Source: Gammaproteobacteria bacterium (GTDB taxonomy: Bacteria; Pseudomonadota; Gammaproteobacteria; Steroidobacterales; Rariloculaceae). From it: 64,000 nucleotides of DNA. The notes beneath the pieces were generated by a model. The model searched no databases. It worked only from the letters and a program-made list of their open reading frames with translations, and was not told where the DNA came from. Positions within the stretch are counted from its first letter, which is position 1; every line of letters starts with the position of its first letter. The translations under genes and the position numbers were made by a program. The stretch lies in contig DATBLZ010000161.1 of NCBI GenBank assembly GCA_036555065.1, positions 10,531-74,530 of the forward strand, read 5' to 3'. Of this stretch, positions 1-9,818 are shown in pieces.

Positions 1-647
1 TTGATGCGCGCGAGCCCGCGCGTGATCTTGCGAGTAACGAATGTCTCGCCGCGAATCGGCGACTCGTGGTTAAAGAGTATGCCGTTGCAGGCATATATCC
101 CGTACGCCTCACGATAGTTCACGGTGATCCAGTACGCATACACCTTCGCAGCTGCGTACGGCGAGCGCGGATAGAACGGCGTAGTCTCGCGCTGCGGCGT
201 CTCGCGCACCTTGCCGAACATTTCCGAGCTCGAGGCCTGGTAGAAACGCGTCTTCTTGGTCAGATCGCAAATGCGCACGGCCTCGAGCAACCGCAGCGTG
301 CCGAGTGCATCGGCGTTGGCGGTGTATTCGGCCGTCTCGAACGACACGGCGACGTGACTCTGCGCCGCAAGATTGTAGATTTCGTCGGGCTGGACGTCCT
401 GAACGATGCGGATCAAGTTGGTCGCGTCCGTCATGTCGCCGTAATGCAGGAACATTTGCGGGTCGGGTGCATGCGGATCGGCGTACAGATGGTCGATGCG
501 GTCGGTATTGAAGAGCGATGCGCGCCGCTTGATGCCATGAACCTCGTACCCCTTCGCGAGCAAGAGCTCCGCGAGGTATGCGCCGTCCTGACCGGTGATT
601 CCCGTGATCAACGCGCATTTTCTTCTCTTCTCTCCTCTAGGCGGCAT
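1..647 (-). CDS. gmd: GDP-mannose 4,6-dehydratase; the 3' end runs off the window
   Basis: Absent from the ORF track because there is no stop in the window. Reverse translation from the ATG at 647 gives [54 protein letters not shown]...[24 protein letters not shown]. This carries the GxxGxxG Rossmann motif and typical Gmd blocks. Confidence 0.9.
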   Translation of the reverse strand, partial: MPPRGEKRRKCALITGITGQDGAYLAELLLAKGYEVHGIKRRASLFNTDRIDHLYADPHAPDPQMFLHYGDMTDATNLIRIVQDVQPDEIYNLAAQSHVAVSFETAEYTANADALGTLRLLEAVRICDLTKKTRFYQASSSEMFGKVRETPQRETTPFYPRSPYAAAKVYAYWITVNYREAYGIYACNGILFNHESPIRGETFVTRKITRGLARI

Positions 648-2391
648 GCTGTACTCCGTGTCGCGGACTCAGGAAAAGACTGCGCAGAACGTGCTCTTGT
701 ATGGGCGCTCCGCGGCTCAAGTCGCGCAGATAATAGCGCGGAATACCGAAGCCTTTTTTCGGCCGATCGAGGATGCGATCCGGTAAAATTCCGCGGTACG
801 CGTAGCGCAACAATCCTTTCGTTTCGCCGTTCAAGTAACGCAGATCTTCCGCGAGCGCAAACGAAAACTCGATGATGCTGCGCGCCAAGAGCGGCACGCG
901 CGCTTCGAGCGAGACCGCCATGCTCGTGCGATCGACTTTGGTCAGAACGAGCCCGGGCATGAACGTATGGAAGTCTACGTACTGCAACCGCGTGCGCAGC
1001 GGCAGATCGGCGCGCCAAAACTCACGGTAGTGCCACCAGTCGTCGTAGTCGTCGGGGATCCCGAATTCACGCCGATACGCCGTCTTTGCGGCTTGCGGCA
1101 TGCCGAACATGATCCGCGCCCAGAGATCCAAGCCCGAGCTCAAGCCCATCTCGAGCAGCGCCAGTGTGCGCGCGAGCGGATTCCGCCGATTGAGACGCGT
1201 GCGCAGTCGCACCGCGAGCGTATCCATGAACCGCGGCCAGGCGGGCCAGCGCTCGTAACGCGCAAACCGCGCGTACGTGCTGTAGCCACCGAAGACTTCG
1301 TCGCCACCGTCGCCCGTGAGCACGACCGTGACCTTCTCGCGCGCGGTCCGCGAGACGAGAAACGTCGGCATCGACGACTCGTCGGCGAACGGCTCGTCGA
1401 ACCAGTGCTTGAGTCGCGGTAGCAGCTCTTGCGCGGCGTCGCGCAGCAGGATGCGCTCGTGATGGTCCGTGCCGAAGAGATTCGCGACTTCGCGAGCGTA
1501 CGGGGTTTCCGATACTTCATCCGCGTCGAAACCTATCGAGAACGTCGCGATGCGTCCGCCGATGCGCGCCGCGGAAGCAACGACGACGCTCGAGTCGACA
1601 CCGCCCGACAGAAAGAACCCGAGCGGCACGTCGGCGATCATCTGCTCGCGCACCGAGGTTTCGATCAAAGCGCGCAGCTCCTCCGCGGCTTCGCCCGGCG
1701 ACCGCCGCACGGGCTCGCTCGGCACCGGCAGCCGCCAAAATGCATGCGGCCCCTCGAGAGCTCCGGTCGCGGGATCGAACGTGAGCCGATGCGCGGGCCG
1801 GAGCTTGAAGCACTGCCGATAAAGCGTCTTCGGCGCGGGCACGTAGCGATACCCTAGAAAGTCGTAGAGCGCCGTGCCGTCGATCGCGAGGTCGGCGCGC
1901 GCAACGGCTGCCTCGATCGCTTTGAGCTCCGAGGCGAACGCGAAACGCCGCCCGTCGTAAAAGTAGTAGAGCGGCTTGATCCCGGGTCGGTCACGGTAGA
2001 GCTTGAGCTTGCGGACGCGGGCATCCCAGACGGCGATCGCGAACATTCCGTCGAGATGCGCGACGAAGTCGTCACCCCATTCGAGATACGCATTGAGCGC
2101 GACTTCCGTGTCCGAGCTCGTGCGAAAACGATGCTGGCGCCCCTCGAGCTCGCGGCGCAGCCGCTGGAAGCCGTAGATCTCCCCGTTGAAAACGATCCAA
2201 GTTGCGCCGTCGGCTGCAAACATCGGCTGATTCGCTTCGGGCGCAAGATCGATGATCGCGAGACGCTGAAACCCGACGCTGATCGGGCTTGCGAGGTGCA
2301 AATCGCTCGCGTCGGGGCCGCGATGCGCGATCGCGCGCAAGGCCGCCGCGTAGTCCCAGCTCGGGTCCGTTCCGCCGAAGAAGCCGCACAC
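637..2391 (-). CDS. Asparagine synthase (glutamine-hydrolysing) family amidotransferase, AsnB-like
   Basis: ORF 637..2400. It has an N-terminal Ntn glutaminase domain and a PP-loop SGGVDSS. The track start (GTG at 2400) gives MPGVCG, but the family needs Cys as residue 2. An in-frame GTG at 2391 followed by TGC gives M-CGFFGG. Confidence 0.85.
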   Translation of the reverse strand: MCGFFGGTDPSWDYAAALRAIAHRGPDASDLHLASPISVGFQRLAIIDLAPEANQPMFAADGATWIVFNGEIYGFQRLRRELEGRQHRFRTSSDTEVALNAYLEWGDDFVAHLDGMFAIAVWDARVRKLKLYRDRPGIKPLYYFYDGRRFAFASELKAIEAAVARADLAIDGTALYDFLGYRYVPAPKTLYRQCFKLRPAHRLTFDPATGALEGPHAFWRLPVPSEPVRRSPGEAAEELRALIETSVREQMIADVPLGFFLSGGVDSSVVVASAARIGGRIATFSIGFDADEVSETPYAREVANLFGTDHHERILLRDAAQELLPRLKHWFDEPFADESSMPTFLVSRTAREKVTVVLTGDGGDEVFGGYSTYARFARYERWPAWPRFMDTLAVRLRTRLNRRNPLARTLALLEMGLSSGLDLWARIMFGMPQAAKTAYRREFGIPDDYDDWWHYREFWRADLPLRTRLQYVDFHTFMPGLVLTKVDRTSMAVSLEARVPLLARSIIEFSFALAEDLRYLNGETKGLLRYAYRGILPDRILDRPKKGFGIPRYYLRDLSRGAPIQEHVLRSLFLSPRHGVQHAA

Positions 2392-2493
2392 GCCCGGCAC
2401 TTTATGCGCTCGTCAGCTCTGCCGCAATCGACGTCGCGGACCCTGTGTTAGGCTACGGCGGCGCCGACCGGGCGCGAGCGTGCTTTTCACCGA

Positions 2494-3534
2494 ATGACGT
2501 TCCGAGTCGCTCATGTCAACGCTGCCAAGGGTTATCGCGGCGGAGAACGGCAAACGGAGCTGCTCATTCGCGCGCTGCACGGCGGTAGCGTCGAGCAAGT
2601 GCTCGTCGCCCGCCGCGGCGGGCCGCTCAGCAGTCGGTTCGGCGATCTCGGTCTCGAGGTTCGGTCCATCTCCGGCAGTTTCCTGAGTGTGGCGCGCGCC
2701 ACGCGCGACGTGGAGCTCATCCACGTGCACGAGGGACGCAGCATCTACGGTGCGTACTTGCGCTCGCTGATCTCGGGGACGCCTTATATCGCGACGCGAC
2801 GCGTCGACAACCCGATCAGAAATCACTGGTTCGCGCACCGTGCCTATCGGCACGCGGCATTCGTCGTCGCGGTCGCCAAGCGCGTAGCCGACGTCGTCCG
2901 CGAGCACGATCCTCGCGTTCGTACTCGAGTCGTTTATAGCGCGACGAGCAGCTTGCCAGTCGACAAATCTCGAGTGGAGGAGATCCGCCGGAAGTTCGCC
3001 GGCCGCGTCCTCGTCGGCCACGTAGGCGCACTCGACAACAGCCAGAAGGGTCAGGAATTCATCATCGCCGTCGCGCGGGAGCTTAGGCTCTCCCATCCGG
3101 AGCTCCACTTCGTTCTCGTCGGCGGCGGCGCCGACGAGGCGATGCTCAAGGCCGCCGCAGCCGGGCTCGACAATTTGACGTTCACGGGCTTCGTCGACAA
3201 CGTCGGCGATTATCTCGCTGCGTTCGACATCTTCATCCTACCTTCGCGGCGCGAGGGCATCGGCAGCATTCTGCTCGACGCCATGGAACAGGGCCTGCCG
3301 ATCGTTGCGACGCGCGTCGGCGGCGTTCCGGAGATCGTGCACGACAAGGAGAACGGAATTCTCATCGACGCCGAGCGCACCGATCAATTGCGCGATGCCG
3401 TTGTCGCGCTCAGCGCGGACCGAGACTTGCGCGCGCGCATGGGCGCATCCGGCAAGCGGACCGCGTCTGGATTCTCGGCGCACGCCATGGCGCACGAGTA
3501 CCTCGATATTTACGAGTCGGTGCTCCGCGGCTAA
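2494..3534 (+). CDS. Glycosyltransferase, GT4 (GT-B fold) family
   Basis: 346 aa with the C-terminal block REGIGSILLDAMEQGLPIVATRVGGVPEIVHDKENGILID, typical of GT4 enzymes. It is divergent from the AsnB-like gene. Confidence 0.85.
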   Translation: MTFRVAHVNAAKGYRGGERQTELLIRALHGGSVEQVLVARRGGPLSSRFGDLGLEVRSISGSFLSVARATRDVELIHVHEGRSIYGAYLRSLISGTPYIATRRVDNPIRNHWFAHRAYRHAAFVVAVAKRVADVVREHDPRVRTRVVYSATSSLPVDKSRVEEIRRKFAGRVLVGHVGALDNSQKGQEFIIAVARELRLSHPELHFVLVGGGADEAMLKAAAAGLDNLTFTGFVDNVGDYLAAFDIFILPSRREGIGSILLDAMEQGLPIVATRVGGVPEIVHDKENGILIDAERTDQLRDAVVALSADRDLRARMGASGKRTASGFSAHAMAHEYLDIYESVLRG

Positions 3535-4193
3535 AGGGCCTTACGGAATGTGAGGTTGACGCGCCGCCGGCCGAGGCGCGGATGGCTGCCGTCGGCGAGC
3601 GCTGCAACGCCGTGATAATAGCGCCGCGACGCCCCACCCCAGACGACGACGTCGCCGTGCGCGAGCGCGTAGCGCGCCGGACGTTCGGCACGGCGCGCCC
3701 CGCCGAACAGGAACGTCGCGGGCAAACCGAGCGATACCGAGACGATCGGCGCTGTGAAATCGCGCTCGTCCTTGTCTTGGTGCAGCGATAAACGTGTTCC
3801 CGGCCGATAGAGATTGATCAGGCACGCATCGGGCACGAATGCCGCGAACCCGGCGGCAGCGGCCGCGGACGCAGCAAGCTCGAGGAACGCGTCCGGCATC
3901 TTCGGCCACTCGCGACCCGTCTCCGGGTCGGTCGGCGAGTATCGATATCCGTGTCGATCGGAAACCCAGCCGACGGGACCGCAATTCGTCATTGCGACCG
4001 ACATCGCGCGCCCGCCGGGCGTCAACATGCGCCGAAAAGGCGCCCGCGCCGCGACGCTGTCGATGCCGCGAAGGATCGGCTCTTCATGCGGGAGGAAGGC
4101 GCGCAAGATCACGGCGTTGGGACCGATGCTTTCACCCGGCAGGGCCGCCCGATCCCGCTCGCGCAACCTCGCCACCGCGCGAGTCGCGCGCAT
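3531..4193 (-). CDS. alkB: Fe(II)/2-oxoglutarate-dependent DNA/RNA demethylase AlkB
   Basis: The C-terminal 220 aa of ORF 3531..4682 match AlkB (LINLYRPGTRLSLHQDKDE...VVWGGASRRYYHGV...RVNLTFRK). The ATG at 4193 overlaps the upstream gene's stop as TGATG. The remaining 163 N-terminal aa of the track ORF overlap the upstream gene in another frame. Confidence 0.88.
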   Translation of the reverse strand: MRATRAVARLRERDRAALPGESIGPNAVILRAFLPHEEPILRGIDSVAARAPFRRMLTPGGRAMSVAMTNCGPVGWVSDRHGYRYSPTDPETGREWPKMPDAFLELAASAAAAAGFAAFVPDACLINLYRPGTRLSLHQDKDERDFTAPIVSVSLGLPATFLFGGARRAERPARYALAHGDVVVWGGASRRYYHGVAALADGSHPRLGRRRVNLTFRKAL

Positions 4194-4942
4194 CAATCGC
4201 CCGGGTTCGGCAGCGCATCGACGTCGGGCAACACGAGCCCACGTTCCGCCAGATACGCTTCCCAGAGCGACACCGAGCATGTGTACTCGAGAATCGTCAG
4301 ATCCGGGCGATGGACGGCCTCGGCGCGCGTACGGATCGGCTCCGTGTACAGCTTCGGATCCGTGACCACGAGCTCGTCGACGAGGTATTTGCGCGTCTGC
4401 CCCTCTTCGACGCGTTCCTCGAGCCACATGCGCTCGACGATGTGCGCGTCCGACGTCGTCGGGAAACGACTCATATAGGGGTAGGCTTTCAGATGCGTCG
4501 TCTCGATCACGAGCACATCGTCCTCCCAGTGCGCGATCGAGTGTCCCATCGCACTCGGCAGGATCGCCTCCGGAGGATTGTGATCCGCCATGTAGACCTT
4601 GCGGTACATGCCGTAGCCTTCCCAGAAGATCGTCAGGTCCTGCGGGCGGTGAAACACTTCGATCGCGAACGGCGCACCCCACGGCGCCCGCGGCATGCCG
4701 GGCCAGATGCAGTAGTACCCCGGATCGTCCTCGATCCGAAACTGCTTTGCGTATTCGTCGGCGAGCGCCTGCGCCGCCGGCGTATACGGAAGCGGACTGG
4801 GGAGGCGTTGACGCCCCGAGCCCGGCGCCGGGAAATAAACGCCGCTGAAGTCCCGCGCCGACGGCGTTTGCGCTTCGGCGACCGCTACGGACGAGAATGC
4901 AAGCGCGAGCAATGCAAGCACGCGCACGGTCCCAACGGGCAT
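4193..4942 (-). CDS. Secreted hypothetical protein (signal peptide)
   Basis: 249 aa. The N-terminus MPVGTVRVLALLALAFSSVAVAEAQ looks like a Sec signal. I do not recognise a family. Its stop overlaps the alkB start. Confidence 0.6.
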   Translation of the reverse strand: MPVGTVRVLALLALAFSSVAVAEAQTPSARDFSGVYFPAPGSGRQRLPSPLPYTPAAQALADEYAKQFRIEDDPGYYCIWPGMPRAPWGAPFAIEVFHRPQDLTIFWEGYGMYRKVYMADHNPPEAILPSAMGHSIAHWEDDVLVIETTHLKAYPYMSRFPTTSDAHIVERMWLEERVEEGQTRKYLVDELVVTDPKLYTEPIRTRAEAVHRPDLTILEYTCSVSLWEAYLAERGLVLPDVDALPNPGD

Positions 4943-5010
4943 AGGCAGGTCCCCTTCTTCTTAAGGCGGACCTAATTTACGTGAAAGCCGGACCCTTGTC
5001 CTTAGCCGTC

Positions 5011-5694
5011 CTAGGAGGCCTTCGATTTCACGCGCGGCGCGTTCGTCCGCGCGCGTGGGTCGTTGTTTTCCTCGAGCGGGGCCTTGCGTCGAAACAGAAA
5101 CTCTTGCATGCCGTTGCCGAGGAGCCGGCCGCGCTCGATCGCGAAGCCCGGCATGCAGAGCTTCAGGTCTTCCGGCGAGTACCGCGGTGCCGCGCGTTCA
5201 GCGAGCGATTGACCGAGGTTGAGCAGGCGAAAATCCTGCAGCGGCACGTAGTCACCGGGCCGCGCGGGCATTCGCGATTCGCGGTACACGATGAGCGCGT
5301 GCGCAAGGCCGCCGGGCGCCGTGCGTCCCGCGAGCGCCGCCATGAGCGCCGCGAGCGCACGCCGGTCGAGGTAGTTGAGCAAATCCCAACAGAGCGCGAT
5401 GTCGAGCGGATCCGGACCGACGCGCGGAAGAAGCGCGGTGACGGCCGCCTCGAGATCGCGAGAATCGGCGCTGCCGTTCAGCGACTCTATCTCGTTACGC
5501 GCATCGACGATCTCGATCCGACAGCGAAACCGGCTGAACAACTCGAGCGTCTTCGCGTGGGCCGCGCCCAAATCGAGCACGACGATGCGCCGCGTCGCAT
5601 CGATGCGCTCGATGAGCGTCCGGAACAACGGCGCATGCGGAGTCGGCGGGACCTCGAATTCCGCTCTCGCGGTCGCGGCCCCGAGCGGTTCCAC
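5011..5694 (-). CDS. Hypothetical protein, weakly class I SAM-methyltransferase-like
   Basis: 227 aa. VVLDLGAAHAKTLE resembles methyltransferase motif I. It lies 10 nt downstream of the bactofilin gene on the same strand. Confidence 0.5.
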   Translation of the reverse strand: MEPLGAATARAEFEVPPTPHAPLFRTLIERIDATRRIVVLDLGAAHAKTLELFSRFRCRIEIVDARNEIESLNGSADSRDLEAAVTALLPRVGPDPLDIALCWDLLNYLDRRALAALMAALAGRTAPGGLAHALIVYRESRMPARPGDYVPLQDFRLLNLGQSLAERAAPRYSPEDLKLCMPGFAIERGRLLGNGMQEFLFRRKAPLEENNDPRARTNAPRVKSKAS

Positions 5695-5703
5695 CGAGCC
5701 CTC

Positions 5704-6222
5704 CTAAACCTTCGCGACCGCAGCTGGCTTCGCGACGATCGTCGGCGTCACGGCCGACGCTGGTTTCGGTGCCGACTGACTCTTTCCGAGGACCGCATCG
5801 ACGGCCTCGGGATCCATTTCTATCGAGCCCTTGAACCGCGCGCCGTCCTCGAGGCTCACTCGCGGCGCAACGATGTTGCCGATGACCCGCGCGGTCTTGC
5901 GAATGCTGACACGCTCGGAGCCGTAGAGATCTCCGTCCATGTTGCCGTCGACCGTGATGACCTTCGCATGCACGTCGGCCTTGATCTTGCCGTCCTTGCC
6001 GATCGTGAGGCTGTGGTTGTTCAGCTGGATCGTCCCGCTGACATCCCCTTCGATGCGCAAGTCTTCCTCGCCTCGAAGATTGCCGTCGATTTGAATCGAG
6101 CGGCCGATGACCGCCGCCTCACGCGCCGGCGCGTTGCCGCGAGCGCTCTCGTTCCATGGCGCCGCTTCCGGCTCGACTCCCTGCCTCTGCCCCGGCTCGT
6201 CCTTCTTACCTCGCTCGAACAT
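5704..6222 (-). CDS. Bactofilin (polymer-forming cytoskeletal protein)
   Basis: 172 aa. It has a repetitive beta-helix core (IGRSIQIDGNLRGEEDLRIEGDVSGTIQLNNHSLTIGKDGKIKADVHAKVITVDGNMDGDLYG...RVIGNIVAPRVSLEDGARFKGSIEM) with disordered tails. Confidence 0.85.
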   Translation of the reverse strand: MFERGKKDEPGQRQGVEPEAAPWNESARGNAPAREAAVIGRSIQIDGNLRGEEDLRIEGDVSGTIQLNNHSLTIGKDGKIKADVHAKVITVDGNMDGDLYGSERVSIRKTARVIGNIVAPRVSLEDGARFKGSIEMDPEAVDAVLGKSQSAPKPASAVTPTIVAKPAAVAKV

Positions 6223-6325
6223 GCGTTCCTCCTATGAGCGTTATCCAGGCACTTTCCCTGTTTAACTTAACGGAGAATAGTCCACATGAACAAGCAGTCG
6301 CAAGTCTGCGACAGTAGGCCGAAAA

Positions 6326-7270
6326 CTAACGCGCCGACGTCGACTCTAGATACCGGAAAAACTCCGACTCGGCATCGATCATGAGGGTCGTGTTCTGCCC
6401 GAGCGTGCGGTAGGTCTCGAGCGTGCGCGAGAACTCGTAGAACTCGGGGTCCTGGCCGTAGGCCTCGCCGTAGATCCGCGTCGCCTCGGCATCCGCGCGG
6501 CCGATGATCTCCTGGGCGCGCCGGTCCGCCTCGGAGCTGATGCGGCGCAGCTCCCGCTCCATGTTGCCGAGTATTTCCTGGCTTCGGCCTTCGCCTTCGG
6601 ACCTGAATCGAGCGGCAATGCTCTGACGCTCGGCGATCATCCGGCTCTCGACCTGCTCGCGGACCGAATCGATGTAGTTGATGCGCTTGATGCGCACGTC
6701 GACGAGCTCGATGCCGAGCTGCGGCATCAGGCCCACGGCCGCTGCCAGCATGTCCTGCTCGAGCTGGCCACGACCCTTCGTCGGTCGGCCGAGGTCCGTG
6801 CTGCCGAGCGCGGCCGCTTCCTCTTCGGAAAGCCCCGCGACGTCCACCTGCCAATCCGCGGAACGCACGATCTCCTCGAGCTCGGTGCCGGACACGATGT
6901 CGCGCACGACGGAGTCGAGGATATCGTCCAAGCGCGTGCGCGCGCCGAGCTCGTCACGGACCGAGCGCAGGAACTGCAACGGATCGACGATCCGCCACCG
7001 CGCCGTGGTATCGACGATGATGAACTCCCGGCCTAGGGTCGGGATTTGGCTCACGTCGCCGTCCCAGGTCAGAAGGCGCTTGTCGAACCGCCGAACCTGT
7101 TGGACGAACGGCACGCGCCAATGCAGGCCCGGCTCGGTTATGACGTCCCCGATCGGTTCACCGAACTGCACGATGATGCCTTGCTGCGCCTGATCGATCA
7201 CGAAACCGGCGCGGGTCACGAGCAGCAACGCAACCACGGCAACGAGAACGATGAACGTGATATTTTTCAT
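6326..7270 (-). CDS. hflC: FtsH protease modulator HflC (SPFH/band 7)
   Basis: 314 aa with an N-terminal TM segment, an SPFH domain and a C-terminal DPEFYEFSRTLETY...DAESEFFRYL block like E. coli HflC. It overlaps the hflK stop. Confidence 0.9.
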   Translation of the reverse strand: MKNITFIVLVAVVALLLVTRAGFVIDQAQQGIIVQFGEPIGDVITEPGLHWRVPFVQQVRRFDKRLLTWDGDVSQIPTLGREFIIVDTTARWRIVDPLQFLRSVRDELGARTRLDDILDSVVRDIVSGTELEEIVRSADWQVDVAGLSEEEAAALGSTDLGRPTKGRGQLEQDMLAAAVGLMPQLGIELVDVRIKRINYIDSVREQVESRMIAERQSIAARFRSEGEGRSQEILGNMERELRRISSEADRRAQEIIGRADAEATRIYGEAYGQDPEFYEFSRTLETYRTLGQNTTLMIDAESEFFRYLESTSAR

Positions 7271-8310
7271 TGGCTTGCAGGAGCTACCTGCGGCAACGGT
7301 TGAGCATTGCGCAGATTCAGCAGCGGCACGGGAGGCACTTGTCCCTCCTGGACGACGACGACCGAGCCGATGGCCGGCAGCACCTGGTTCAGCGTCTCGA
7401 GATACATGCGCGACCGCGTGACTGCGGGCGCGCCGCGGTACTCGGCGAGGATCGCATTGAAACGCGCACTCTCGCCGAGCGCGCGGTTGACGCGCTCCGT
7501 CGCGTAGCCTTCCGCCTCGGAGATCGCGCGCATGGCCGTGCCCTCGGCTCGCGGGATGGCCTCGTTCGCCTGGCGCGTAGCCTCATTGATGCGTCGTTCG
7601 AGCTCCTGGCGCGCCTCGTTGACCTCGTTGAATGCGGGCTGCACGCGCGGCGGCGGCACGACGTCCTGAAGCTGGACGGTAACGATGTGAATGCCGTTGT
7701 CGTAGCGGTCCATCGCTGCCTGGATTTCGGACTGCGCCGTGGCCGCGATCTCGACGCGCGCCACCGTGAGCACGTCGCTGCCGATGCGGTTGCCGACGAC
7801 GCGGCGCATGACCGATTCGGAAAGGTCGCGAAGCGTCTGCGTCGGCTCCCGCATTCCGTAGAGAAACTTGATCGGATCGCTGATGCGATATTGCACGACC
7901 CATTCGACTTGGATGATGTTGAGGTCGCCCGTGAGCATCAGCGATTCGTCGGGGAAATCGCCGGTGAACCGCGTGCGCGAATCCGCGAGCGCGTCCTCCG
8001 AACGAAAACCGAATTCCTGCTTGAGCACTCGCTCGGTCGCGACGATCTCGATCGAATCGACGCCGAACGGCAGCTTGAAATGCAGCCCCGGGTCGGCGAT
8101 GCCGGTTACTTCGCCGAAACGCTTGATCACGGCGCGCTCTTCCGGCTGGACCGTATAGAAGGAGCTGAACACGCCCCAAATACCGAGTAGCACGAGCACG
8201 GCGATCGCGATCGGCGCACCGGCGAGCCGCGGGCGCCCGATGTCCGGCGGTCGCCTTGCCCCGCCGGGCCGGTTGAACAGCTGGTCGATGAGGTCTTTGG
8301 CGTCGCTCAT
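7267..8310 (-). CDS. hflK: FtsH protease modulator HflK (SPFH/band 7)
   Basis: 347 aa. TM segment followed by YTVQPEERAVIKRFGEV...PGLHFKLPFGVD and an SPFH domain. The ATG overlaps the upstream stop as ATGA. Confidence 0.9.
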   Translation of the reverse strand: MSDAKDLIDQLFNRPGGARRPPDIGRPRLAGAPIAIAVLVLLGIWGVFSSFYTVQPEERAVIKRFGEVTGIADPGLHFKLPFGVDSIEIVATERVLKQEFGFRSEDALADSRTRFTGDFPDESLMLTGDLNIIQVEWVVQYRISDPIKFLYGMREPTQTLRDLSESVMRRVVGNRIGSDVLTVARVEIAATAQSEIQAAMDRYDNGIHIVTVQLQDVVPPPRVQPAFNEVNEARQELERRINEATRQANEAIPRAEGTAMRAISEAEGYATERVNRALGESARFNAILAEYRGAPAVTRSRMYLETLNQVLPAIGSVVVVQEGQVPPVPLLNLRNAQPLPQVAPASQ

Positions 8311-9197
8311 GGTCGGCGTGCCGCGCGTGCCTGTGCAGTTTCGGCGAAATAGTTCGTGATGCCATCGGGGTCATCGAGCCAGATCGTGCGCAGTTGAAAG
8401 CCGCCCAACGTGCTCAACGGCTGATCGACGGCGATCTTCTTCGCGCGCGCGAGCGTATCGACGACGTCGACGTTGGAGACCACGTATTGAATCCCCCCGC
8501 TGCCGGTATCCGCCGGAAGCTCGGAGCCGAAGCTGCGCAGACTCACGATCGTCGAGCCGTGCCGATAGGAATACTTCGTGGTATCGAACACCGGGTCGTG
8601 GGCCGGCGCAAGCTCCTCGAGGCCGACGAACTCTCGGTAGAACGCACGGCTCGACTCGATGTCGGACACTGTGAGGCCGACTTCGACCTCGTCGGAAGCG
8701 CCCCCGTCCCGAACGATTACGAGCTCGACCGCCTGCCCGTCGGGATCGACGACGAGCGCCGACCTGCGCCCGCCTGCACGCGTTATGAATTCGGGCGCCG
8801 CGCGGCCATGGGCAATGAACCGTTGGGCGAGCGCGGCTTCGTCAGGAAAGAAAAACGTCAGTAAGCGCACTCCGGTGGCGTCGCGAACGCCGCCGGGCAC
8901 GTATTGCCGGTTTGCGACGCGCGCGGTGAGCTTGAGCTCCGACGCGCCGGCCCGAAACCGCGCGACGCCGTTTCCGCCGCCGACGTTGAGCGTATCGAGC
9001 TGCTCGAAACCAAGCACTTCGCCGTAGAACTCGAACATCTGCTCGCGAGCGACCGCGAAACGACGAAAGACGTTCATCGACGGTTGCCACAGAACCGCCC
9101 CGACCGACGCCGAATCATCGGCACCATAAGCCGCCGCCTGCAGAGCCGCGGCGACGGCGATGGCGCTCGCGAATGCCGCAATCCTTCCTCGATGCAT
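8307..9197 (-). CDS. Secreted VOC (glyoxalase/bleomycin-resistance/dioxygenase) family protein, two domains
   Basis: 296 aa. Signal-like N-terminus (IAAFASAIAVAAALQAAAYG), then two beta-alpha-beta-beta-beta VOC-like halves. Confidence 0.65.
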   Translation of the reverse strand: MHRGRIAAFASAIAVAAALQAAAYGADDSASVGAVLWQPSMNVFRRFAVAREQMFEFYGEVLGFEQLDTLNVGGGNGVARFRAGASELKLTARVANRQYVPGGVRDATGVRLLTFFFPDEAALAQRFIAHGRAAPEFITRAGGRRSALVVDPDGQAVELVIVRDGGASDEVEVGLTVSDIESSRAFYREFVGLEELAPAHDPVFDTTKYSYRHGSTIVSLRSFGSELPADTGSGGIQYVVSNVDVVDTLARAKKIAVDQPLSTLGGFQLRTIWLDDPDGITNYFAETAQARAARRP

Positions 9198-9216
9198 GGG
9201 CCGCTCTCCGCTTCCG

Positions 9217-9813
9217 TCAGCCGTCGAGCTTAGCGGGCGCGTCCGCGTCGCGCAATGTAGTCTCCGCGCCGCGTGCGGGAATGATCATCTTCGTGAGCGT
9301 CCCGTCCTGATTGAAGGCCGTATGTTTGTACACGCCGCCGAGGTGCAGAAGAATCGTCACGAATATCAGCAGCGCCGCCCAGCGGTGTACGGCATGCACG
9401 ACAACGTTGAGCTCGAAGTTCGCCTCGAGCGGCGACGGGATCGCGAACCAGTCGAAGACGCGGATCGGCTCGCCCATCGTCCAAACGAGAAACGGGCCGG
9501 AGATCAACATCACGGCGAGGGCCACGAGCATGACTGTGTGCACCCACTTGCCGACGAGAAAGAAGAATCGCCCTTGCTTCGCGAGCGGCCCGGGATGGCC
9601 ATAGACGAAGCGCCAAATGATCCGCAGCCACAGCACCGCATACGCCGTGATCGCAATGGACGTGTGCAGAACCAGGGTGTCGCGCCGTTCGTCACCAGTG
9701 AAGCTCTCGATCGTGCTGCCGACGTAGAGCATCACGACGATGATCGCTGCCGTAACCCAGTGGAGCAATATCGAGCCCCAGCCGTAGCCGGTGGCCGTAT
9801 CCCGAATGGCCAT
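9217..9813 (-). CDS. Cytochrome b561 family membrane protein
   Basis: Only the last 198 aa of track ORF 9217..10599 look real. From the ATG at 9813 they read MAIRDTATGYGWGSILLHWVTAAIIVVMLY..., with four TM helices and conserved His residues. Confidence 0.8.
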   Translation of the reverse strand: MAIRDTATGYGWGSILLHWVTAAIIVVMLYVGSTIESFTGDERRDTLVLHTSIAITAYAVLWLRIIWRFVYGHPGPLAKQGRFFFLVGKWVHTVMLVALAVMLISGPFLVWTMGEPIRVFDWFAIPSPLEANFELNVVVHAVHRWAALLIFVTILLHLGGVYKHTAFNQDGTLTKMIIPARGAETTLRDADAPAKLDG

Positions 9814-9818
9814 AGCTC

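Noticed and set aside
3531-4682. Track ORFs with long N-terminal extensions taken at face value: 3531..4682 alkB, 9217..10599 cytochrome b561, 14705..16627 sufB, 15895..17400 sufC, 31972..33687 radA, 33157..35538 kinase, 50932..53175 kinase-nuclease fusion, 23357..24766 dctM.
   Set aside because: The extensions overlap the neighbouring real gene in another frame and show no family similarity. Internal starts give proteins with canonical N-termini and often form stop/start overlaps.
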